Below are positions 57,342 through 64,000 of a stretch of 64,000 nt of DNA, piece after piece. The DNA is taken from positions 8,464 to 72,463 of the forward strand of contig JBFGJG010000019.1 in assembly GCA_041577295.1 (NCBI GenBank). Direction: 5' to 3'. Under the pieces are notes generated by a model. The model ran no database searches, was not told the origin of the DNA, and was given only the letters and a program-made list of their open reading frames with translations. A program made the position numbers and the translations under genes. The DNA comes from Gemmatimonadales bacterium. Lineage in GTDB: Bacteria > Gemmatimonadota > Gemmatimonadetes > Gemmatimonadales > GWC2-71-9. The first letter of the stretch is position 1. Each line of letters starts with the position of its first letter.

Positions 57342-57692
57342 ATGCCCGAAGCCCTCAACGAAAAAGTTAGCAAGCTCAAGGCGGCGCTAGAAACGATCGA
57401 GCGTGAGGTCATCGTTGGGTCGGCCACCGCCGACACGCTCGAGGAATTCAAGATGGCGATCGACCACATCCGCATTAGCGTGTGGGCGATTCTGACCGAA
57501 CAGCATGCCGGAGGGCATCAGTCCATCGTCGCGCGCTATCGTGTGAAACGGATCAAGGAGATGTGTCGGCACCTGATGCAGGATATCGAGGTGGGCTTGA
57601 TTCCGCTTGGCGACCCCGAGTTGGAGGTGCTCAGAGACGTGCTCGAGGAAACGGCAGCGCACGTGACCCGCCTGATCGAAGCAGTCGAGTAA
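57342..57692 (+). CDS. Hypothetical helical protein
   Basis: GAGGAG RBS; LEEFKMAIDHIRISVW. Confidence 0.7.
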   Translation: MPEALNEKVSKLKAALETIEREVIVGSATADTLEEFKMAIDHIRISVWAILTEQHAGGHQSIVARYRVKRIKEMCRHLMQDIEVGLIPLGDPELEVLRDVLEETAAHVTRLIEAVE

Positions 57693-57697
57693 ACCCG

Positions 57698-58885
57698 CTG
57701 CTCAGGAAGACTCCGTTCCATTCTCGCACTGCCGCGCTCTGCGACAGCCAGAATTGGCGTCGCTGGGCGGGATACTTGGCCGCCAGTTCGTACGAGCTGG
57801 TCCACGACCGCGAGTATCATGCGATCCGCAGTGCGGCAGCGCTGTTCGATATCACACCGCTTTATAAGTACGAGATCACCGGGCCCGATGCCGTGCGGCT
57901 GCTCGATCGCGTGATGACGCGGGACGTGACGAAGTGTAAGGTCGGACAAATGATGTACACGCCGTGGTGCGACAGCCACGGCAAGGTGATGGACGACGGC
58001 ACCATCGCGCGGCTGGACGACAACTTGTTCCGCATGACGGCGGCGGATCCGAATCTGCGGTGGTTGCACACCAACGCTGCGGGACTCTCCGTGGCGATTG
58101 CGGACGTCTCGGAGGCGCTCGCTGCGCTCTCCCTCCAGGGACCCCACTCGCGGGCCATCTTGGAGCGACTCACCGAGGCCGATCTCCAGAACCTCAAGTT
58201 CTTTCGCCTCACCTCCGCCGCAGCACGGGGCCTACCGATCACGATCTCCCGCAGCGGGTACACGGGCGATCTCGGGTTCGAGATCTGGGTGAAGAACGAG
58301 CATGCCCTGGCGTTGTGGGATGCCCTCATCGACGTCGGAACTCCCTTCGGGCTCACGCCAGCGGGGCTCCTGGCGCTCGACATGGCCCGCATCGAAGCGG
58401 GCCTGCTGCTCATCGATGTCGACTATGTTTCGTCACGCCGTGCGCTCATCGAGATGCAGAAGTCGACCCCGTTTGAACTCAACCTTGGCTGGACTGTCCG
58501 GTTGGACAAGGGACCATTTGTTGGGAAACGGGCGCTGATGGCCGAAGCTGCGCGAGGACCGGCCTGGCAGCTGGTGGGGGTCGACGTCGATTGGGACTCT
58601 TTGGAACAGCTATATCTGGAGGTGGGGTTGGCCCCACGACTCCCAACCGCTGCCTGGCGGACCAGCGTTCCCGTGTATGCCCAAGGTGGTCAGGTGGGCT
58701 ATGCCACGAGCGGTTTGTGGTCACCGATCCTCAAGAAGTACGTGGCGCTGGCACACGTTGAGGCCCCGTTTGCGGCGCCCGGGACGAGACTGGAGATTGA
58801 GATGACCATCGAACACCGCAGGCGGCGAGCGCTTGCGCACGTCCGTACGACCCCGTTCTTCGATCCGGAACGGAAGCGCGCCTGA
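57698..58885 (+). CDS. GcvT-like aminomethyltransferase-family protein (start codon unclear, possibly CTG)
   Basis: KTPFH, FDITPL, DDGT, LQGP, SRSGYTGDLGFE, RIEAG, PFFDP. Confidence 0.9.
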   Translation: MLRKTPFHSRTAALCDSQNWRRWAGYLAASSYELVHDREYHAIRSAAALFDITPLYKYEITGPDAVRLLDRVMTRDVTKCKVGQMMYTPWCDSHGKVMDDGTIARLDDNLFRMTAADPNLRWLHTNAAGLSVAIADVSEALAALSLQGPHSRAILERLTEADLQNLKFFRLTSAAARGLPITISRSGYTGDLGFEIWVKNEHALALWDALIDVGTPFGLTPAGLLALDMARIEAGLLLIDVDYVSSRRALIEMQKSTPFELNLGWTVRLDKGPFVGKRALMAEAARGPAWQLVGVDVDWDSLEQLYLEVGLAPRLPTAAWRTSVPVYAQGGQVGYATSGLWSPILKKYVALAHVEAPFAAPGTRLEIEMTIEHRRRRALAHVRTTPFFDPERKRA

Positions 58886-58978
58886 GGCGTGAGCGGGATC
58901 ACGGCGATCCCGGGCCTGATTCCACCTCTTATCTGCAGTGATTCTCAACCACGTGCTCCTGACGATGAAAGCGATGCT

Positions 58979-60778
58979 ATGATCGTTACGATCCGCCAGC
59001 TCCGAACGTCCGTGTGCCTGTGCCTAGGTGTCGCTTTCTTCGCATGTAACGGCGATGGAACGGGTCCGCTTCCAATAACGATTGGACCCGACGGTGGGGT
59101 ACTGACCTTTGCCAACGGCAACGTGACGCTCGTGTTCCCCTCTGGTGCGGTGGCGGAGGAGACGGTCGTCGATGTGGTCCCTACGACCAGCTTCCCAAAT
59201 AATCCCACGCTCGTGACCGGAACCGCGTTCGACTTTCGACCAGATGGACTTCAGTTTTTGTCGCCGGTGGCGCTCACCATTCGATACGAAGATGCCAACG
59301 TGCCTACCGGGGTGAACGAGGGCGACCTTCGTCTGTTTCGTGCCGCTGGAAATACCTGGAATCAGGTATCCGGCAGCAATCCCAACACCAGTGAGAATGT
59401 GGTGACCGGGCCGATTACCAGCTTCAGTGTGTACGCCGTACTCGCCACCGAAACGAATGCGCCCGTGGCGTCCGTCACTGTAATTCCGGCTACCGCGTCG
59501 GTCGAGGTGAACGGCATTGTCCAGCTGACAGCCGAGCTTCGGGACACGCAAGGGAACCTGCTGGAGGGGCGGGAGATCGCCTGGTCTAGTGAGACACCGG
59601 ATTTCGCCTCGGTAGACGAGGACGGGCTCGTGACAGGCCGCGCAGCGGGCACCACCATGATTACGGCCACCAGTGAAGGGCAGAGCGGCAGCGCGGAGCT
59701 CACAGTGTCAGGTGTAACGACGGCCATCGCGCTGGCGCCAATTGTCGACGGGCTGGCCAACCCAGTGTACCTGACGGCACCCCCGGGGGACAACGATCGA
59801 GTCTTCATTGTCGAGAAGGGTGGGGTGATTTCCATCGTGAAGGACGGGCAGCAGCTTGCAGAGCCGTTCCTCGACATCTCGAACCTCGTCTCAAACGGAT
59901 CCGAGCAGGGGCTGCTTTCGATGGCGTTCCATCCGGCCTACGCCGAAAACGGACGGTTCTACGTCTACTACACCGATACAGGCGGCGACACCGAGGTCGT
60001 CCAGTACACGGTCACCGCGGATCCGGATGTGGCGGACCCGGCCTCGGCGTCTCCGATCATCAGTGTCGAACAACCGTTCAGCAACCACAACGGCGGGCTG
60101 CTGCTCTTTGGGTCAGACGGTATGCTCTACATCGGTCTGGGTGACGGCGGATCGGCAGGGGATCCTCAGGACCACGGCCAGAACCTCGGCACGCTGCTAG
60201 GTACGATCCTGCGCATCGACGTCGACGGCGGAACACCGTACGCCATCCCGTCAGACAATCCGTTCGTAGCCGACCCCAACGCCCTGGATGAGATCTGGGC
60301 GTACGGGCTCCGCAACCCCTGGCGCTACGCGCTCGACCCAGTGGATAATGTCATCTACATCGCGGACGTTGGGCAGAACGCATGGGAGGAGGTGAACGCT
60401 CAGGCAGCGGATGCTGGTGGGCTCAACTATGGGTGGAACATCATGGAAGCGTCCACGTGTTTTGTGTCGGATCCATGCGATCAGACGGGCCTCGTGCTTC
60501 CCGCGGTCGAGTACGGTCACAATCCGGAATGCTCGGTCACCGGTGGCTTTGTGTACCGTGGCGGCGCGATGCCATCCCTGCGAGGACGGTACTTCTATTC
60601 GGACTACTGTGCTGGGTGGATCCGCAGCTTCCGATTCGACGGTGGACAGGTCACCGAAGAGACCGAATGGCTCCCGGACGTAGGGAACGTGTTGTCGTTT
60701 GGCCAGGATGCCCTCGGTGAGCTCTACGTGCTGACGGACGATGGCCGCGTGCGGAAGATCGTCCCGAGCGGCAACTGA
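58979..60778 (+). CDS. Lipoprotein: ZU5-like plus Big_2 Ig domains fused to a PQQ-dependent aldose sugar dehydrogenase (GSDH) propeller
   Basis: FAC lipobox; IGPDGG..FPSGAV..PDGLQF; VASVTV..WSS; EQGLLSMAFHP, NHNGG, GLRNPWR. Confidence 0.88.
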   Translation: MIVTIRQLRTSVCLCLGVAFFACNGDGTGPLPITIGPDGGVLTFANGNVTLVFPSGAVAEETVVDVVPTTSFPNNPTLVTGTAFDFRPDGLQFLSPVALTIRYEDANVPTGVNEGDLRLFRAAGNTWNQVSGSNPNTSENVVTGPITSFSVYAVLATETNAPVASVTVIPATASVEVNGIVQLTAELRDTQGNLLEGREIAWSSETPDFASVDEDGLVTGRAAGTTMITATSEGQSGSAELTVSGVTTAIALAPIVDGLANPVYLTAPPGDNDRVFIVEKGGVISIVKDGQQLAEPFLDISNLVSNGSEQGLLSMAFHPAYAENGRFYVYYTDTGGDTEVVQYTVTADPDVADPASASPIISVEQPFSNHNGGLLLFGSDGMLYIGLGDGGSAGDPQDHGQNLGTLLGTILRIDVDGGTPYAIPSDNPFVADPNALDEIWAYGLRNPWRYALDPVDNVIYIADVGQNAWEEVNAQAADAGGLNYGWNIMEASTCFVSDPCDQTGLVLPAVEYGHNPECSVTGGFVYRGGAMPSLRGRYFYSDYCAGWIRSFRFDGGQVTEETEWLPDVGNVLSFGQDALGELYVLTDDGRVRKIVPSGN

Positions 60779-60823
60779 TCGTCTCCGGTCGGGGCAACTC
60801 CACGCCCGCTCACCGACTGAGGG

Positions 60824-61054
60824 TCACGCCAACGGGGGCAGCTCGTCGCGGCCTCGTTGCTGCTGCAACAGCCGCTCGGCGAAGTCCACTCGTTCCTCGA
60901 GCTCGGTGAGCCGCTCTTCGAGCCGCTGCTCCAACATGGCTAAGGCGGCGGGGTCGGTGTGCGGGTGGTGACCCCGAATACGCTCCGCGATCGCGCGTCC
61001 GATGGCACTCCGCGCCACCACGATGACAGCAATCAGGATCCAGATCGTTTCCAT
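60824..61054 (-). CDS. Small single-TM coiled-coil protein
   Basis: GAGG RBS; TM helix then ELEERVDFAERLL. Confidence 0.75.
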   Translation of the reverse strand: METIWILIAVIVVARSAIGRAIAERIRGHHPHTDPAALAMLEQRLEERLTELEERVDFAERLLQQQRGRDELPPLA

Positions 61055-61203
61055 GAGATAGCCTCGCACGCCGATGGAGAACTCGCTCTACACTTCGCTC
61101 CAACGGTCGATAGCGCAACCAGGAGGTCGCATTGCGGTCCCTCCAGGGGGCGGGCTAGCTTTGGGCGCGCGCCCAGGACACTCACGCACACAGCGAGAAG
61201 AGC

Positions 61204-61443
61204 ATGAGCGAAGCTCAAGAGTCGGACCGACGATGGGCGCAGCGCCGGAAACTGTGGGGCTCACAGTTCGTGAAGATCGACCGGCGCTCAGGCATGGACC
61301 GCCGTTCGGGGGAGGAGCGCCGCCAGCGTGTCGCCGCGGCCCCTGGTGGTGTGGAGCGACGCGCGGGTGGGGATCGCCGCACCCGAGAGCGCCGGACCGG
61401 AGGCGAGCGCCGTCACGCGGAGGAACGCCGGGGAGACGAATAG
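61204..61443 (+). CDS. 79-aa Arg-rich protein with nine [DE]RR repeats
   Basis: DRRSGMDRRSGEERR..ERRAGGDRRTRERRTGGERR; stop abuts the next GTG. Confidence 0.6.
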   Translation: MSEAQESDRRWAQRRKLWGSQFVKIDRRSGMDRRSGEERRQRVAAAPGGVERRAGGDRRTRERRTGGERRHAEERRGDE

Positions 61444-62541
61444 GTGCCGGTGCGCGCCGCCGTCATGACCGCACCGGGCCACCCCATCGCCGTCTGGCAG
61501 CTGGATGATCCCGCCCTAGAACCCGGCGCGGTACTCCTGGAGACCGTTGCGAGCGAGGTGTGTGGCACGGACGTCCATCTTCACCACGGACGTCTCGCGG
61601 GAGTGCCGTATCCAATCGTCCCCGGCCATGTGTCGGTCGGACGCATCCTCGAAATGCGGGGTGTGGACCGTGACGCCCTTGGCTCGCGTCTGGCCATTGG
61701 CGACGTAGTGACGTTCTACGACGTCCATGAGGTTTGCAACGCCTGTTACTACTGTGCCGTGGCGGGTCAGCCAAATCGGTGCCCCAGCCGCAAAGTCTAC
61801 GGAATCACGTACTCAGCACACGAGGGACCACTCGGTGGATGGGCCGACCGGATCTACCTCAAGCCCGGCGTGCGGATCGTGAAGCTCCCAGACGGACTGG
61901 GCGCAGATGACGTGATCGGTGGCGGCTGTGGATTGTTCACCGGGTTCGCTGCGGTTGAACGGAGTGCTCTCGCGATGGGTGACACCGTGGTCGTGCAGGG
62001 GTCCGGACCAGTCGGGCTCTCCGCGACGGCGTTCGCTCGTTTACGGGGTTCAGGGAACGTGGTGACCATCGGTGCGCCGGCCGCACGTTTGGACTTGGCA
62101 GGGCAGCTGGGAGCTGACATCACGCTCTCGCTCGAAAGCAGCTCGAGCGCGGTAAGGGTGGAGCGCGTCCTCGAGATGACAAAAGGGCGGGGGGCCGACA
62201 TCGTCATCGAGGCGAGCGGCAACCCGCAGGCTATACCCGAGGGGTTCGACTTGCTCCGCGACGGTGGCACCTATGTCATCGCCGGCCACTACACGGATGC
62301 CGGGCCCGCGTCCATCAATCCGCATGTTCATATCAATCGCAAACACGCCGATGTTCGCGGGCAGTGGGGAACGGCGTTCCGCCATCTCGTTCGCGCGTTG
62401 GGCATAATCACGAAGCATCGTGATGTCCTTCCGTTCCACCGCATCATTGGGGGTCGCTACGATGTAGCCCAAGCGCAGCAAGCCATCGAAGACGTCGCCG
62501 CGCTCCGCGTCACCAAAGCCATCATTCAGCCGTCACACTAG
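61444..62541 (+). CDS. Zinc-binding (MDR) alcohol dehydrogenase
   Basis: CGTDVH, PGHV, structural CNACYYC..C, QGSGPVG, EASG. Confidence 0.92.
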   Translation: MPVRAAVMTAPGHPIAVWQLDDPALEPGAVLLETVASEVCGTDVHLHHGRLAGVPYPIVPGHVSVGRILEMRGVDRDALGSRLAIGDVVTFYDVHEVCNACYYCAVAGQPNRCPSRKVYGITYSAHEGPLGGWADRIYLKPGVRIVKLPDGLGADDVIGGGCGLFTGFAAVERSALAMGDTVVVQGSGPVGLSATAFARLRGSGNVVTIGAPAARLDLAGQLGADITLSLESSSSAVRVERVLEMTKGRGADIVIEASGNPQAIPEGFDLLRDGGTYVIAGHYTDAGPASINPHVHINRKHADVRGQWGTAFRHLVRALGIITKHRDVLPFHRIIGGRYDVAQAQQAIEDVAALRVTKAIIQPSH

Positions 62542-62550
62542 TTTGCGTTC

Positions 62551-64000
62551 ATGGGCACGCCAAGCGACAAGCTCCGCGCAAGGGTAGACGGAACCGTCGA
62601 CCGTCTCGCCGTGGTGCTGGGTGATCAATTGGACCGGGAGTCACCAGCCCTCGCGGATCTCGACCCCAGCCGTGACGCTGTCTTGATGATGGAGGTGGCG
62701 GAAGAGGCCACGCACGTCCCGAGTCACAAGCAACGCACCGCCCTGTTTCTCTCCGCGATGCGTCACTTCGCACTCGAGCTGCTCGATGACGGCTACCGCG
62801 TGCGCTACATCAAGTTGGATGAGCCACGCAACACAGGCACGCTCGCCGGCGAGGTGGATAGAGCCGTTTCAATTCTCACTCCCGCGCACGTCACCCTCGT
62901 GCAGCCGGGAGAGCACCGTGTGCTCGCGGCGATTCGACGCTGGGCCAAGCGCGCGTCGGTTGACTGTACGATCCAGCAGGACACGCACTTCCTCACCCCG
63001 CTCGACCAGTTTGCAGAGTGGGCTGAGGGTCGCAAGCAACTGGTAATGGAGTACTTCTATCGCGAACAACGCCGCCGACTCGACATTTTGATGACGAAGC
63101 AAGGCAAGCCGCGTGGTGAAAGGTGGAACTACGACAAGGAGAATCGTGAGGCCTTTGGCGAGGATCCCCGGCCACCCAAGCCAATGAGGTTCAGCCCGGA
63201 TCGGATCACCCAGGAGGTGATTCAGTTGGTGGACCGGCAGTTCCCCTCCGCGTACGGGTCCGTCGAGGACTTCGGGTGGCCCGTCACTCGGCGCGATGCT
63301 GCGCGTGCGCTGAAGGACTTCCTGGCAAAGCGCCTCGCACACTTCGGTCCCCACCAGGATGCCATGTGGACGGATCAGCCCTTCCTGTATCACTCGCTGA
63401 TCTCGCCCGTTCTCAATCTGAAGCTCTTGGATCCCCAAGCCGCGGTCGCGGGAGCGATCGAAGCATTCGAGGCGGGCGACGCCCCGATTCAATCAGTCGA
63501 GGGCTTTGTGAGACAGGTGATTGGCTGGCGTGAGTTCATTCGCGGTGTCTACTGGACCGAGGGAGCAGAGTACGGAGAGCGAAACACCCTCCAGCAGTTC
63601 GGGTCGCTACCCGACTTCTACTGGACGGGGGAGACGGACATGCATTGTCTCACCCAATCGCTCGGACAGGTGGTCCGTCATGGCTACGGCCATCACATCC
63701 AGCGGCTCATGGTGACCGGCAACTTCGCGCTCATTGCGGGGATCCATCCGCGGGCCATCTCGGAATGGTATCTCGCGATGTACGTGGATGCTGTGGATTG
63801 GGTGACACTTCCCAACACTCTCGGAATGGTGATGCACGCCGACGGTGGCGTGGTTGGTACCAAACCCTATGCGGCGTCGGGCCGCTACATCCAGCGGATG
63901 AGCAACTACTGTGAGAGCTGCCGATTCAATCCGGGGAAGCGCACGGGGGAAGATGCCTGCCCTTTCACCACGTTCTATTGGGACCTGCTGATCCGGAACC
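62551..64000 (+). CDS. FeS-type bacterial cryptochrome/(6-4) photolyase (PhrB/CryB-like), 3'-truncated by window
   Basis: VLGDQL, SHKQR..FLSAMRHFA, WNYDKENR, EGFVRQVIGWREF, HHIQRLM, TKPYAASG, Cys set C..CxxC..CP. Confidence 0.93.
   Translation, partial: MGTPSDKLRARVDGTVDRLAVVLGDQLDRESPALADLDPSRDAVLMMEVAEEATHVPSHKQRTALFLSAMRHFALELLDDGYRVRYIKLDEPRNTGTLAGEVDRAVSILTPAHVTLVQPGEHRVLAAIRRWAKRASVDCTIQQDTHFLTPLDQFAEWAEGRKQLVMEYFYREQRRRLDILMTKQGKPRGERWNYDKENREAFGEDPRPPKPMRFSPDRITQEVIQLVDRQFPSAYGSVEDFGWPVTRRDAARALKDFLAKRLAHFGPHQDAMWTDQPFLYHSLISPVLNLKLLDPQAAVAGAIEAFEAGDAPIQSVEGFVRQVIGWREFIRGVYWTEGAEYGERNTLQQFGSLPDFYWTGETDMHCLTQSLGQVVRHGYGHHIQRLMVTGNFALIAGIHPRAISEWYLAMYVDAVDWVTLPNTLGMVMHADGGVVGTKPYAASGRYIQRMSNYCESCRFNPGKRTGEDACPFTTFYWDLLIRN

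Noticed and set aside
61270..61440. Repetitive DNA as a CRISPR or nucleotide tandem array
   Set aside because: The repeats are degenerate at DNA level and explained by the [DE]RR peptide repeat
1..64000. The many long antisense or alternative-frame ORFs in the track (for example 3870-4700 -, 13924-14871 +, 40906-42054 +, 44557-45546 -, 62869-63492 -)
   Set aside because: Shadow ORFs of real genes in high-GC DNA, with Arg/Pro-rich, motif-free translations
1..64000. tRNA, rRNA, CRISPR, prophage or defence systems
   Set aside because: None recognised by eye; a tRNAscan/Infernal run would be needed to exclude small RNAs fully

Overview
GC-rich bacterial chromosomal segment of about 60 CDSs. The gene content (many Tat/lipoprotein-exported peptidases and amidohydrolases, a BNR/VPS10 protein, CarboxypepD-plug and TPR-multiheme proteins) resembles Gemmatimonadota; this taxonomy is inference only. 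I found no rRNA, tRNA, CRISPR array, integrase or transposase. Best signal (34001-37732): an HK/sigma-54 response-regulator pair is divergent from an uncharacterised lipoprotein gene, and the intergenic DNA carries, in order, a four-half-site GTTACG/CGTAAC palindrome, a -24/-12 sigma-54 promoter and a c-di-GMP-I (GEMM)-type riboswitch with an atypical internal loop. Other highlights: a 66-aa lipoprotein with a conotoxin/knottin C-C-CC-C-C framework (16650-16850); an M6 protease with a dockerin/EF-hand-like tail next to a small beta-rich lipoprotein; Tat-exported amino-acid enzymes; a penta- plus octaheme cytochrome pair; a LytTR pseudogene; a probably leaderless autoregulated HTH gene; and a 17-bp inverted repeat flanking an ILVBL-like ThDP enzyme gene. 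The window ends inside an FeS-type (PhrB/CryB-like) photolyase gene that the ORF track omits. All family calls come from motif recognition by eye, not database searches.
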